Below are positions 39,998 to 50,225 of a DNA stretch of 64,000 bases, piece by piece. Origin of the DNA: Thermodesulfobacteriota bacterium (GTDB lineage Bacteria; Desulfobacterota_D; UBA1144; Nemesobacterales; Nemesobacteraceae); assembly GCA_965116725.1 (NCBI GenBank), contig OZ220700.1:564923-628922 (forward strand), written 5' to 3'. Position 1 is the first letter of the stretch, and each line of letters starts with the position of its first letter. Under the pieces are notes generated by a model. That model was not told the origin of the DNA, searched no databases, and saw only the letters and a program-made list of their open reading frames with translations. The position numbers and the translations under genes were made by a program.

Positions 39998-40390
39998 CTA
40001 CTGCCGCCCGCGCTCCCTTCCCGAAGAGGGGATTAGAACCCACATCTTTCTTTTCGAGTGACGTCCCCAGCTTGGAGAGAGCAGAACGTAATTGCCCCAA
40101 AGGAGCGGTGAATCGCCGAGATTAAAAGAGAGTCTGAAGGCACCTTCATGACTCGAGACGTACCTCCCGGAAACGAAAAAATCGGCTTTCGCCGCGGAGG
40201 ACTGCCTGCAGAGAAAAGGCCAAAGATCATTTTCTTCAAACTCAATCCCGATAGCCTTCTCCCTCTTGTCCATCCATTGCGCGTTTGGAAAAACCCAGTG
40301 GTGATAACCGTCTTTGAATTCTAGGGAAAGGACAAAACAGGTGGTTTCCGAGACGATTTTCCTAACAGAGTATCTGAGAGTTGAGTTCAT
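39998..40390 (-). CDS. Hypothetical protein downstream of coaX
   Basis: 130-aa ORF overlapping the coaX stop by 29 bp. No recognisable motif. May be spurious. Confidence 0.25.
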   Translation of the reverse strand: MNSTLRYSVRKIVSETTCFVLSLEFKDGYHHWVFPNAQWMDKREKAIGIEFEENDLWPFLCRQSSAAKADFFVSGRYVSSHEGAFRLSFNLGDSPLLWGNYVLLSPSWGRHSKRKMWVLIPSSGRERGRQ

Positions 40391-41138
40391 GGAGCAGTCT
40401 CAGGCCGTGGAGAGCAAGGTCCTTGTCGACTCGGTTCACGCAGGCGCACTCCTCAGAGATCGCTTCGGCAAAACCCCCGGTCATTACGATTTCAGGAGAA
40501 GAACCCATCTCCTCCTTGAGTTTTACGCAAAGCCCGTCAATCATCGAGGCGTAACCGTAAAACAGCCCCGACTGTATGCACTCGACTGTGTCTTTGCCGA
40601 TCACCTGCTCAGGCTTCTCGGGATCAACCTTCGGAAGCTTGGAAGTTCCGTGGTAAAGCGCCACCGTGGAAAGCTCGATCCCGGGGACTATGACTCCGCC
40701 TAGATATTCTCCTTTTTCGGAAACGCAGTCAAAAGTGGTCGCCGTACCGAGATCAACTACTATCACGCTTCCGCCCAAGCGATGGTAAGCCGCAACGGCA
40801 TTTGCTATCCTGTCGGCTCCGAGCTCTTCGGGACTATAAATCCGAATCGGCATTCCTGTTCTTGTCTCGGGACCCACGATTATAGGCCGGTGACCGAAAT
40901 ATTTCTCCACCAGTTTCGCCACCCCTTCCTCCATCTCGGCAACCACGCAGGAAAGTATGGAACCGCTGAACGAAGAGGGAGATATGTCTTTCTCGTCCAT
41001 CTTCCCGAATAAGATAATTCCGTAATCATCGGGGGTTTTGGTTCTGTCAGTATCAATTCTGAAACTGTATACGAGATCCTCTCCGGAAAATATTCCGACC
41101 ATTATGCTCGTGTTGCCAACGTCAATTGCGAGAAGCAT
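40362..41138 (-). CDS. coaX: Type III pantothenate kinase
   Basis: MLLAIDVGNTSIMVGIF N-terminus (ASKHA fold, DxGNT motif). 258 aa. Confidence 0.85.
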   Translation of the reverse strand: MLLAIDVGNTSIMVGIFSGEDLVYSFRIDTDRTKTPDDYGIILFGKMDEKDISPSSFSGSILSCVVAEMEEGVAKLVEKYFGHRPIIVGPETRTGMPIRIYSPEELGADRIANAVAAYHRLGGSVIVVDLGTATTFDCVSEKGEYLGGVIVPGIELSTVALYHGTSKLPKVDPEKPEQVIGKDTVECIQSGLFYGYASMIDGLCVKLKEEMGSSPEIVMTGGFAEAISEECACVNRVDKDLALHGLRLLHELNSQILC

Positions 41139-41357
41139 GGCTAATCAAGTCCGGTTATCGTGATCTGATTTGTTAATTTACAGGTGCAGGCACTTCTGGA
41201 ACAACAAGATATCGTTAATTCCGAATGCAGGTAAACCGGTTTTGAGGGGAGTATAACTTAAAAACCGGACAAACCGAAGCACTAAAATTTTCTTGGATAT
41301 TGATACGAAAACGGGGCCCTAAAATAAGTAAAAATTCCACAACCTTTCGTATACGAA

Positions 41358-41720
41358 TTGTGTTATAGTGGAACTATTAGTCCTATAAGGAGGAATTTTG
41401 TTATGTGGAAGTTTTACAATAGTCTTGCGTTGCGCCGTTTTCAAGGGATACGCGGTCTCGGAATTCTCGCTTTATCGGTGGCGTTCTGCCTTACAGGATT
41501 GCTAGCGCTCTCATCCTGTGATGATGACGATGATGAAGCGGAAGCGCAACCAATTGAGATGAGAGGATTCTACACCAGTGTTAATGCGGATGGTACAACG
41601 GATTGTACGAATGAAGACATTGACCTGCGCGAGGAAGAGGCCGGAGATGAGTCAGTGAGCCCAACGTCAGGATCACCGCAAGAGGCGTCGCTTTCGGATC
41701 CGCAACCTTTCTACAGGTAG
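41358..41720 (+). CDS. Lipoprotein, N-terminal portion of a frameshift-split gene
   Basis: The likely true start is the ATG at 41403, after AGGAGG (MWKFYNSLALRRFQGIRGLGILALSVAFCLTGLLALSSC, lipobox LSSC). An acidic linker (DDDDDEAEAQ) follows. The frame ends at 41720. Confidence 0.5.
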   Translation: MCYSGTISPIRRNFVMWKFYNSLALRRFQGIRGLGILALSVAFCLTGLLALSSCDDDDDEAEAQPIEMRGFYTSVNADGTTDCTNEDIDLREEEAGDESVSPTSGSPQEASLSDPQPFYR

Positions 41721-42117
41721 GAGTAAAGGTAGGCGAAAGCGATTACAATGCTGAAACCATTTCAACCTATTACGTAAGTGAGACGGATGGAAATTTTGAC
41801 AGGCCTGGAGCATATTTTCTGGTAGCAAAAACCGACGCTGACATTGAGGCAGACACGATATATACCGGTTACTGGGCCGGCTATGCCTACCGTCACGCCG
41901 ATCCCGCCACAGGCAAAAACGCGGTGGTAATTTGTCCATATGTAATGGTACCAGCAGGAACTGCTGGGTTAGACGACATAGAAGCAGGCGCCTGTGGTGA
42001 AGGAGACATGGTGCACCCCGCACTGGCACAATATCTTACAGACGCTGACGGTTCTCTTAGGGATTGCCATAATCTTTTGGATGCTGACGGCGTATTGTCT
42101 CCCATGAAACGGTAATT
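41651..42117 (+). pseudogene. Downstream portion of the same lipoprotein gene in the -1 frame (frameshift, authentic or sequencing error)
   Basis: 155 sense codons in a row with protein-like composition (VGVKVGESDYNAETISTYYVSETDGNF...TGYWAGYAYRHADP...). No ATG/GTG/TTG start for the first 91 codons. The frame overlaps the end of the upstream reading frame by ~70 nt. Confidence 0.4.
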
Positions 42118-42297
42118 GGAATACCACGAAACGGCCGAGCATAAAATAGCAACGGGCATCGGGTTGTTAACAACAATCCTGCATGCCCGTTCTTTGTTCG
42201 CTTAACGATTTAAACAGTCCCAAGGTTTATACGAACCTGCTTTTTGACAAAACCCTAGGGGAAAACTATTATTTCACGGCATCCGGAAGGAGAAAAA

Positions 42298-43224
42298 GTG
42301 AGAATAATAGTCACAGGCGGAGCGGGATTCATAGGTTCCTGGGTATGCGAAGCGTATATCTCCGAGGGCCACGAAATCCTAGTGGTCGACAACCTCTCAA
42401 CGGGATCTGAGGACAATATCCCTCCTGAAGCCGAGTTTGTTGAGTGCGACGTAAGGGATTCCGCCCGACTCGAAAAGGCGTTTCGCCAATTCCGCCCCGA
42501 AGTCGTCAACCACCACGCAGCACAGATAAACGTAAGAGATTCCGTCGAGAACCCCGGCTTTGACGCTGACGTAAACATAGGAGGTTCCCTTAACGTTCTT
42601 AGACTCTGTGCGGAGCACAAAACCGAAAAATTCATTTTTTCATCGACCGGAGGCGCTCTCTACGGAGAGCCAAAGAAACTTCCGGCCGATGAGTCAACCC
42701 CCGCCCTTCCTCTTTCCCCTTATGGAATCTCGAAACTCTCAACGGAAAATTACGTAAGATACCACTCAAGAAACCATGGTTTCGGACACGTTATCCTGAG
42801 ATACTCAAACGTGTACGGAGAAAGGCAGAACCCCGAGGGGGAGGCTGGCGTGATAGGGATTTTCTGCGAGAACATAATCAGCGGGAAACCCTGTCTCATA
42901 TTCGGAGACGGAGAACAGACGAGGGATTACGTGCACGTCTCCGATGTCTCACGGGCAAACCTGCTCGCCGCAACCCTCATGCAAGAGGGAACCTTCAACA
43001 TAGGAACTTCCATCGAGAGCTCGGTAAACGACATAGTGCGCATACTGGGAGAGGTAACTAAAACCGAATTCACGACTGTTCACGAAAAAGAGCGTTCCGG
43101 GGAAGTAAAAAGAATTAGTCTTGACTGCTCTCTGGCGACAGAGAAGCTCGGATGGAGTGCGCAGGTGGCCTTGCGCGAAGGCCTTTTTAGAACATGGAAC
43201 TGGTTTTTGCAGGAAAGAAATTAA
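42298..43224 (+). CDS. NAD-dependent epimerase/dehydratase (UDP-sugar 4-epimerase-like SDR)
   Basis: GGAGFIGS Rossmann motif. Catalytic YxxxK (YGISK). 308 aa. Confidence 0.8.
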   Translation: MRIIVTGGAGFIGSWVCEAYISEGHEILVVDNLSTGSEDNIPPEAEFVECDVRDSARLEKAFRQFRPEVVNHHAAQINVRDSVENPGFDADVNIGGSLNVLRLCAEHKTEKFIFSSTGGALYGEPKKLPADESTPALPLSPYGISKLSTENYVRYHSRNHGFGHVILRYSNVYGERQNPEGEAGVIGIFCENIISGKPCLIFGDGEQTRDYVHVSDVSRANLLAATLMQEGTFNIGTSIESSVNDIVRILGEVTKTEFTTVHEKERSGEVKRISLDCSLATEKLGWSAQVALREGLFRTWNWFLQERN

Positions 43225-43297
43225 CGGCAACCCGAAGCCCCGTCTTTGAAAAAACCTCGCTCGTGGTTAGAATTGTTTTTCTTTCGGAGGATGGATA

Positions 43298-43470
43298 ATG
43301 CAAGATAACGAAGAATTTTTTGATGTACGGATTTACGGAAGATATATAAAAGAAGGGCATATCACCCAGAAGGATTACGAAAAACACATAAAATCCCTTC
43401 CCGACGTAAGTGACAAGGCAACATCCCTTCTCATCGACGAAGAAGAGGAAACCGGAGAGCCAGAAGAATA
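43298..43470 (+). CDS. Small acidic protein (57 aa), translationally coupled to the DUF4177-like gene
   Basis: GGAGG 7 nt upstream of the ATG at 43298. Encodes MQDNEEFFDVRIYGRYIKEGHITQKDYEKHIKSLPDVSDKATSLLIDEEEETGEPEE. Its stop overlaps the next ATG (TAATG). Below the ORF-track cutoff. Confidence 0.35.
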
Positions 43471-43683
43471 ATGGAGCGCTGGGAATACAAGGTAGTCTCG
43501 ACTGATGTGCTTGTTAAAAGACCCCAAGACCATGATATAGCGGTCTACAAGGAAGAGGCTGATTCAAGAAGGGAGAACGCCAGAGAAAACCTTGAAGATT
43601 CTCTTGTCTCGCTTGGTAAGGACGGCTGGGAACTTGCCACCATTACGGGTGAATTCGCCATATTCAAAAAGAGAGTCAGCTAG
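43471..43683 (+). CDS. DUF4177-like small protein
   Basis: 70 aa. MERWEYKVV...GWELATITGEFAIFKKR pattern typical of DUF4177. Confidence 0.45.
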   Translation: MERWEYKVVSTDVLVKRPQDHDIAVYKEEADSRRENARENLEDSLVSLGKDGWELATITGEFAIFKKRVS

Positions 43684-43686
43684 ATT

Positions 43687-45219
43687 TCACTGCCACTCTA
43701 TGGTGCCGGGAGGTTTTGTGGATATATCGTATACGACCCGGTTTATTCCCTTTACCTCGTTTATGATCCTTACTGAGATTTTCCCGAGCAGATCATAGGA
43801 TATCTTCGACCAGTCGGCGGTCATTCCATCCGTACTGCTCACAGCCCTCAGGGCGCAGACGTTTTCATAGGTGCGCTCATCGCCCATCACTCCCACCGTC
43901 TTTACCGGGATAAAAACGCAGAAGGCCTGCCATACTTCATCATAGGCCCCCGATTTTTTAAGCTCGTCTATAAAAATGCTGTCCGCGTGCCTCAGTATGG
44001 AGAGTCTCTCGCGCGTGACTTCTCCCATTATCCTGATCGCAAGACCCGGACCGGGAAAGGGATGGCGGCCTATCAGAGAGGAAGGAAGTCCGAGAGCCTT
44101 GCCAACGCTTCTCACCTCGTCTTTGAAAAGTTCCCGAAGAGGCTCTACTATCTCTAGGTTCATTTTTTCCGGAAGCCCTCCGACGTTGTGGTGGGACTTT
44201 ATGACGGCCGAGGGGCCTTTGACGCTCACGCTCTCGATAACGTCGGGATAGAGTGTCCCCTGGGCCAGAAAACAGACACCGGATATCTTCTCAGCTTCTT
44301 CCTCAAAGACCCTCACGAACTGCTCGCCCATAATCTTTCTTTTCGTTTCGGGATCCTCAACACCCTCAAGATGAGAGAGAAATCTCTCAGAGGCATCCAC
44401 GTGAATAAAATTCATCTCAAACTCGGAAAAAGCGTCACAGACCTCCTTAGCCTCATCAACCCTCATGCATCCCGTATCAACGAAAATACAGTAAAGCCTG
44501 CGGCCCACCGCCTCGTTAATAAGAGCCGCCGCGACCGAGGAGTCCACTCCCCCCGAGAGCCCGCATATGATCTTGCCGTCCCCGACCCTTTCCCTTATAT
44601 CGTGTATTGAATGCTCTATGAACGAGCCCGCCGTCCAGTTCCCGGCAAGCCCCGCTACCTGAAAAAGGAAATTGGAAAGTATGCGGATTCCGAATTCCGT
44701 ATGCACGACCTCCGGGTGAAATTGCACCCCGTAGATGTTTCCGCCTGCGTTTCTTACCGCCGCGCACTCCGTATTTTCGGTACCGGCTATCGCCGTAAAT
44801 CCCTCGGGCATACTCAAAACCCTGTCGCCGTGAGACATCCAGACTCCCGAGGTCTTCTCCACACCCGAGAACAGCGGGTCTTCCGTTACCAAGTTCAAGA
44901 CGGCGGGACCATATTCCCTCTTCTCGGAGCGTTCAACTTCACCACCGAGCTGGAAAACCAGCACCTGAAGCCCGTAACAAATACCCAGAACCGGTACTCC
45001 CAAAGACAGTATTTCCCCGTCCACCCTAGGAGAACCATCCTCCCAGACGCTTGAGGGCCCCCCGGAGAGTATTATCGCCCCTGGAGGGTCTTTCTTTATT
45101 TCGTCTGTGGCAGTGTTATAGGGTTTTATTTCGGAATAAACCCCGAGTTCCCTGGTGCGCCTGGCGATAAGCTGCGTATACTGGGAACCGAAATCAAGAA
45201 CAAGAACTTTTTCCCGCAT
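43687..45219 (-). CDS. guaA: GMP synthase (glutamine-hydrolysing)
   Basis: N-terminal class I GATase (GICYGLQ, HPE). ATP-PPase SGGVDSS motif. C-terminal dimerisation domain ending IEWQ-like. Confidence 0.95.
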   Translation of the reverse strand: MREKVLVLDFGSQYTQLIARRTRELGVYSEIKPYNTATDEIKKDPPGAIILSGGPSSVWEDGSPRVDGEILSLGVPVLGICYGLQVLVFQLGGEVERSEKREYGPAVLNLVTEDPLFSGVEKTSGVWMSHGDRVLSMPEGFTAIAGTENTECAAVRNAGGNIYGVQFHPEVVHTEFGIRILSNFLFQVAGLAGNWTAGSFIEHSIHDIRERVGDGKIICGLSGGVDSSVAAALINEAVGRRLYCIFVDTGCMRVDEAKEVCDAFSEFEMNFIHVDASERFLSHLEGVEDPETKRKIMGEQFVRVFEEEAEKISGVCFLAQGTLYPDVIESVSVKGPSAVIKSHHNVGGLPEKMNLEIVEPLRELFKDEVRSVGKALGLPSSLIGRHPFPGPGLAIRIMGEVTRERLSILRHADSIFIDELKKSGAYDEVWQAFCVFIPVKTVGVMGDERTYENVCALRAVSSTDGMTADWSKISYDLLGKISVRIINEVKGINRVVYDISTKPPGTIEWQ

Positions 45220-45314
45220 TTACAACCGCCTCCCCCGTTGCGATAAAATCCGAAGAACCCTGAAGGGTAAACCACGCTTTCTGAGGCTGACTTTACGAGA
45301 TAAGAAAACCGTTA

Positions 45315-46784
45315 TCACCCGATCCTGTAGTTGGGAGATTCCTTGGTAATTACGATATCGTGAACGTGACTTTCCTGAAGCCCGGCATTGGTAATCTTTA
45401 CGAATTTCGCCTTTTCCTGAAGTTCCTTTATCGTCGCGGAACCGGTGTAGCCCATTCCCGCACGAAGCCCTCCGACCAGTTGGTAGACTATGGCCCCTAT
45501 ATTGCCCCTGTAAGGAACCCTTCCCTCTATTCCTTCGGGGACAAGCTTAGCCTCCATCATCTCATCGTCCTGGGCGTAGCGGTCCCTGCTCCCGGCCCTC
45601 ATCGCTTCAATGGAACCCATGCCACGGTAGACTTTGTAGGTTCTCCCCTGATAGAGAACAACCTCCCCAGGGGCTTCGTCCGACCCGGCGAGCAGGTTCC
45701 CTATCATCACGGAATCTGCTCCGGCGGCAAGCGCCTTTGTTATATCCCCCGAGTACTTTATCCCTCCGTCGGCTATTACGGGTATGTCGCGCTTTTTCGC
45801 CACGGAACAGACTTTTCTTATGGCGGTTATCTGCGGCACCCCTATACCGGCTATCACACGCGTCGTGCATATCGATCCGGGACCGACCCCCACCTTGAGA
45901 CAATCCGCACCAGCTTTTATAAGATCCTCGGCCGCTTCGGATGTGGCTATGTTGCCGGCCACCAAAGCTATCTCCGGGTATTTTTTTCTTATATGGGCCA
46001 AGCTGTCTAGCACTCTTTTCGAATGTCCGTGTGCAGTATCAACCACTATTACGTCGCAGCCTGCTGCAACAAGCTCGTCCACCCGCTCATGGCTGTGCTT
46101 GTCAACCCCGACCGCGGCTCCCACGAGAAGCCTTCCCATCGCGTCCTTAGACGCCTTGGGAAACTTCTCTATTTTTTCTATATCCTTCATGGTTATAAGA
46201 CCGCGAAGCTTGAAGCTGTCATCAACGACCGGGAGTTTTTCTATCTTAAACTTGTGAAGAAGTTCCTTGGCTTCAAGAAGAGTGGTGCCCTCCTTGACAG
46301 TAACAAGCTCCTTTTTGGGAGTCATCACCTTGTCGATCTTAAGATCCATGTTCTTTTCGAATCTTATGTCCCTGTTGGTGATTATTCCGTGAAGCGTGTT
46401 GTCGGACTTTACAACCGGAAGACCTGAGATGTCGTTTTCAACCATTATCTCGAGGGCTTCGCTAACCCGGGTTCCGGGACGTACGGTCAGTGGATTAACT
46501 ATCATTCCGCTTTCGTATTTTTTTACTCTCTCGACTTCACCCGCCTGTGCAGGGATGGAGAGGTTTCTATGGATTATCCCTATGCCGCCTTCCTGTGCCA
46601 TGGCGATTGACGTGCGGAATTCCGTTACGGTATCCATGGCCGCGCTCAGTATGGGAATATTAAGGTTTATATGCCGGGTAAGCCTTACCGAAACATCAAC
46701 TTCGCTCGGCAGAACTTCGGAATAGCGCGGAGATAGTATTACGTCGTCAAAGGTAAGCGCTTCTTCAAAAACAAAATCCTGCAT
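45315..46784 (-). CDS. guaB: IMP dehydrogenase
   Basis: TIM barrel with CBS pair insertion. Catalytic Cys loop ([11 protein letters not shown]). [17 protein letters not shown]. Confidence 0.95.
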   Translation of the reverse strand: MQDFVFEEALTFDDVILSPRYSEVLPSEVDVSVRLTRHINLNIPILSAAMDTVTEFRTSIAMAQEGGIGIIHRNLSIPAQAGEVERVKKYESGMIVNPLTVRPGTRVSEALEIMVENDISGLPVVKSDNTLHGIITNRDIRFEKNMDLKIDKVMTPKKELVTVKEGTTLLEAKELLHKFKIEKLPVVDDSFKLRGLITMKDIEKIEKFPKASKDAMGRLLVGAAVGVDKHSHERVDELVAAGCDVIVVDTAHGHSKRVLDSLAHIRKKYPEIALVAGNIATSEAAEDLIKAGADCLKVGVGPGSICTTRVIAGIGVPQITAIRKVCSVAKKRDIPVIADGGIKYSGDITKALAAGADSVMIGNLLAGSDEAPGEVVLYQGRTYKVYRGMGSIEAMRAGSRDRYAQDDEMMEAKLVPEGIEGRVPYRGNIGAIVYQLVGGLRAGMGYTGSATIKELQEKAKFVKITNAGLQESHVHDIVITKESPNYRIG

Positions 46785-46789
46785 AGCAG

Positions 46790-47167
46790 CTAGCCGGCCT
46801 TCTTCGCGGCGGAAACCTTCCTTGCCCTCGGTTTTCTTGTTTTCGAGGCGGGTTTTGGTTTTCTTTTAGCGTCAGGAGCCCCGCTTCCGCCCATACTTTG
46901 AAAACCCTTAGCGAAAAGATCCAGAATTTTCTTTCTCGCGTCGGAAGCCTCCACCCCTAGTTCAATCTCTATCTCCTGCTCCTTCTCCAGAAGATTCAGA
47001 AAAACTGACACGATACCCACGTAAGTCGTGTCATCCACTTTTTCAAATCCCATGGATTTCAGAAGCTTTCTTGGAATGAGTGGAAACTCGAAATCAACGG
47101 TCTCGACGGATTCTTTGGAGAGCGAACCGTCCTGACTTATGCTTATTTTTATTCGTGTAGATTTCAT
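46790..47167 (-). CDS. Small protein with a globular N-domain and a Lys/Arg/Ala/Pro-rich histone-H1-like tail, immediately upstream of guaB
   Basis: 125 aa. C-terminus [27 protein letters not shown]. Its stop is 5 bp before the guaB start on the same strand. Confidence 0.45.
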   Translation of the reverse strand: MKSTRIKISISQDGSLSKESVETVDFEFPLIPRKLLKSMGFEKVDDTTYVGIVSVFLNLLEKEQEIEIELGVEASDARKKILDLFAKGFQSMGGSGAPDAKRKPKPASKTRKPRARKVSAAKKAG

Positions 47168-47238
47168 CGCTTACCCACCGGATTATTTCTATAAAGGGGC
47201 TATAGTTTACTAAAAACAGCTTAATAAAGCAATTTAAA

Positions 47239-47421
47239 ATGCATTTGGGGAGCAACTACTGGGCTGAGGTCGCCTGGTACTATGAAAACGCCAACAACTG
47301 GACACACCTGGTCAGACAGAAGAAGGAGAACGAGCTTGGTCTGCTCGACATGACGGGCAACGTCAAGTCCGGAGCCCCAAACGGCTCCCCTAACCCTCGG
47401 ACATCACCTCGAAATCTGTAA
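47239..47421 (+). pseudogene. Possible remnant of an FGE-sulfatase (formylglycine-generating-enzyme family) gene
   Basis: The 60-aa ORF contains only the two ends of the family signature: EVAWYYENANNW (compare VSWxDAxAYCxW) and GLLDMTGNV (compare GLYDMAGNVWEW). The ~150 residues between them are missing. Confidence 0.25.
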
Positions 47422-48001
47422 TCTCGATCTGATACTTAAGACCAAGTATCTTACTCACGGAAAGGTAGAAAGTGTTGAAGAAAACGGTATTGCCGGGCTT
47501 TATGTTTAAATTGGCCGAGGCCTCTGTCCCGGTAAGTGCCGAGAGGTCATCCCCGCTTTTCCTGCTTAACTTCTGAAGAGGATGCTCCGTGTCGGCGTTT
47601 CTGAGATCCCGCATCGAAAGGGTGTTGCCCGAATAAAAGTCCTGAACGTAAACGGTCCGCCCCGACACTTGAAAACTGCTCCTGAGCTTTATGTAGCTGA
47701 CGGGAACGTCGCTTTCGTTCATGATCTCCCCTCGAACGAAAAAAAGATATCCTTTCTTGGTGGTTATCCATCGGGATTCAGTATTCCTAACGATCAGTTT
47801 TCGGGAAATATCGTCGCTCTCCCAGAACCACCGCTCAGGGGGAACCCCGAATTTAAAGGCCCCAAGACCAAGTGCGAAAACAACGGCTATCAGGATAAGC
47901 CTACGCGGGTATTTCCCCTTTTTTACTTCGTCTATCCCGTAAAATATTTTTTCCGCGTCCATAAGTCCCGCCCCGGAGATAAAAAATCCGCAAGGCGGCA
48001 A
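47390..48001 (-). CDS. Membrane-anchored protein, DUF3426-like
   Basis: One TM helix (LILIAVVFALGLGAF) followed by a ~130-aa beta-rich domain. Confidence 0.4.
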   Translation of the reverse strand: MPPCGFFISGAGLMDAEKIFYGIDEVKKGKYPRRLILIAVVFALGLGAFKFGVPPERWFWESDDISRKLIVRNTESRWITTKKGYLFFVRGEIMNESDVPVSYIKLRSSFQVSGRTVYVQDFYSGNTLSMRDLRNADTEHPLQKLSRKSGDDLSALTGTEASANLNIKPGNTVFFNTFYLSVSKILGLKYQIEITDFEVMSEG

Positions 48002-48221
48002 AGAACCGCCTTGGCAGGCAGATTATAACCGTAATATCCGCTTTTCCCACAAGCGGAGTTTCCCCTAGCGAACGGCAGTACGCACCATCGCCCAAGTCCC
48101 TCAACCGCTTCATTTTACAATGGGCATTCTTCAAGCTATAAATATTGAATAGGAAGAGTTTCAGCTTCCTTGGGGTGTTAAGGATTTAACCTCGTAATAA
48201 GAACTATCAGGAGAAAAAACC

Positions 48222-49052
48222 ATGAATAGAATTCTTAAGAATCGGAAAACGGATCTTTGGGTTTTAGTAATAGCGATGGCGATGATTTTCGGTGTTTCCG
48301 GAAATGCGTTCGCACAAAGCGGAAGTTTCTACCTTGGCGCCTCGGGCGGGATTGAACGCGCAAACATCGAACACGCAAAAACTGTTGACAGCACCAATGT
48401 TCCGGCCAGCTACCTTCAGAGCGGAAACATTTACAGCACAAGTGATTCGGCAAGCAAAACGGGGTTTAGCGGTGGGCTTCTTGCCGGCTATCGCCTTACT
48501 CTGGATCCAAGCGACACCTTCTACTTAGGCGTCGAGATTGACGGACAGTTCCACGGTGGCACGGTAAGCGGAACGCTTCCCGGGGACGGAGAGTCCGAGG
48601 GTCGAAACCAGTACGGAGAAGCTTGGCCCGATGAATGGAGCGTCGAGAGAAAAAACAGCTACGGCGTAACGTTGATGTTCGGCGCAAGCCCCCCGTTTCT
48701 GATTTCGCTTTTGGGCCCGGGCGCCGGCTTCTACGCTCTTGGCGGCGTGCGCCGCCTAGACGCGGAGTTAAAGGTTGATTACAACGGTTGCCCAACCGGC
48801 AACGCGATTTGCACCAGTCCTGAAGAGTTTACCTCTGGCACCAATTCCTACGACGAGACCTTCTACGCGTGGACGGCGGGAGGGGGCCTTGAGAAGATGA
48901 TCGGGGACAAGATAGGACTCCGGGGCGAGGTGCGCTACACCCAGTACGGAAAGGAAGATCGGGACACTTTTTCGGAGTCAGAGGTCAAGGTTCCCATATC
49001 GCTTGACGGAAGCGAAACCGGTTTTTCAGTAAAAGCGGTTTTATACTTCTGA
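48222..49052 (+). CDS. Outer-membrane beta-barrel protein (OmpA-N/porin-like)
   Basis: Signal peptide (LWVLVIAMAMIFGVSGNAFAQ). Alternating amphipathic beta-strands. C-terminal aromatic residue (VLYF) as in OMP sorting signals. Confidence 0.55.
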   Translation: MNRILKNRKTDLWVLVIAMAMIFGVSGNAFAQSGSFYLGASGGIERANIEHAKTVDSTNVPASYLQSGNIYSTSDSASKTGFSGGLLAGYRLTLDPSDTFYLGVEIDGQFHGGTVSGTLPGDGESEGRNQYGEAWPDEWSVERKNSYGVTLMFGASPPFLISLLGPGAGFYALGGVRRLDAELKVDYNGCPTGNAICTSPEEFTSGTNSYDETFYAWTAGGGLEKMIGDKIGLRGEVRYTQYGKEDRDTFSESEVKVPISLDGSETGFSVKAVLYF

Positions 49053-49251
49053 TCGGCTCCTGGCAATTTGCCCTGAAAAGCCTCTCGGCTTTGCCCCAGA
49101 AGGTACTTACTCCCTTAACAACTTGTGCAAAATGCAGGGAAGAACCACCAGCTGCGTCAAAACCTCCGATTTCTGCACACGCCAAAACAAATTGAAAAAA
49201 ATATCCCTTTATGTAATAATAACGCTCATTGCCTTTTTCAGGAGTGGATGA

Positions 49252-50208
49252 ATGAACCCCGCTAGCCCTTTTGCGTCCCTTCGGGAAGAAATGGATAAGC
49301 ACGTCGTCGGACACGACGAGGTAAAAACCGCTCTTCTTCTCGGAATAATCTCAAGAGAACACATCTATATTGAAGGTCCTCCGGGTACGGCGAAGACCAT
49401 GCTTTCGGAAATCGTTTCCAAAGCTGCCCAGCTTAACTTCTTTTTCTACCAGCTTCACAGAGACACCAGGCTCTCAGAACTCGTCGGAGACCTGACAATA
49501 GTGAAGGAAGACACCGAACTCGGAGAGAGGATAAAGCAGGATATCGTAAAGGGCGGAATACTGACATCTGAGATATGCCTTTTAGACGACATATCCCGTG
49601 CGCCCGGGGAATCGCTCAACATACTTCTTCGAATACTTAACGAAAGGAAATTCTTCAGCGAACCCATTCCGCTTCTGACAGCTATAGCGACGAGCAATCC
49701 GACGGCTGACGAGTACTACAACGAGCCCCTTGATCCGGCCAACCTTGACCGTTTCATTCTTCAGGTGAAGGCCCTGGGAATCTCCTATGGAAGAAAATGG
49801 GACGAGGCCAAAAAGGTTATCGAGCTTTACGCCGAAAAGCCGTTTGAAGAAAAGATACCGAAAAGGGTAAGCAAAAAACTTTTCGACAAAAGCTACAAGA
49901 CACTTGAAAAGATTCCGATTCCACCCGAAGTGCAGGAAGGTCTTGCGAATTTCGCAGCCATAATGATCGAGGACTTCGGGCTTAACGAAACCAACTCCCT
50001 TATTACCGACAGGACTTTTTTCGTAAAAGCGCTCAAACTTATCCGCTCCCACGCACTTCTAAACGAAAGAGAAGTATGTTCAAGAGAAGACCTCGACGTT
50101 CTAAGGTACATGACTGCTTTCCGGGTTCCTCCCGACGTCTACGAACAGATGGACAATATTCTTCGGAACATAGTTCAGGATAAAAAAAAAAGCCAGATGA
50201 CAAGCTGA
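49252..50208 (+). CDS. MoxR-family AAA+ ATPase
   Basis: Walker A GPPGTAKT. Walker B DDISRAP-type (LLDDISRA). 318 aa. Confidence 0.8.
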   Translation: MNPASPFASLREEMDKHVVGHDEVKTALLLGIISREHIYIEGPPGTAKTMLSEIVSKAAQLNFFFYQLHRDTRLSELVGDLTIVKEDTELGERIKQDIVKGGILTSEICLLDDISRAPGESLNILLRILNERKFFSEPIPLLTAIATSNPTADEYYNEPLDPANLDRFILQVKALGISYGRKWDEAKKVIELYAEKPFEEKIPKRVSKKLFDKSYKTLEKIPIPPEVQEGLANFAAIMIEDFGLNETNSLITDRTFFVKALKLIRSHALLNEREVCSREDLDVLRYMTAFRVPPDVYEQMDNILRNIVQDKKKSQMTS

Positions 50209-50225
50209 CCCCGGACCCGGATCAG

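Noticed and set aside
41673-42159. Minus-strand ORFs (118 aa and 88 aa) opposite the frameshifted lipoprotein region
   Set aside because: Arg/Leu-rich composition typical of antisense translation. The plus-strand frames have protein-like composition and a signal peptide.
48985-49314. 109-aa minus-strand ORF spanning the OMP-moxR intergenic region
   Set aside because: It overlaps the moxR start and the OMP gene end on the opposite strand. It has no motif and no ribosome-binding site. Likely spurious.
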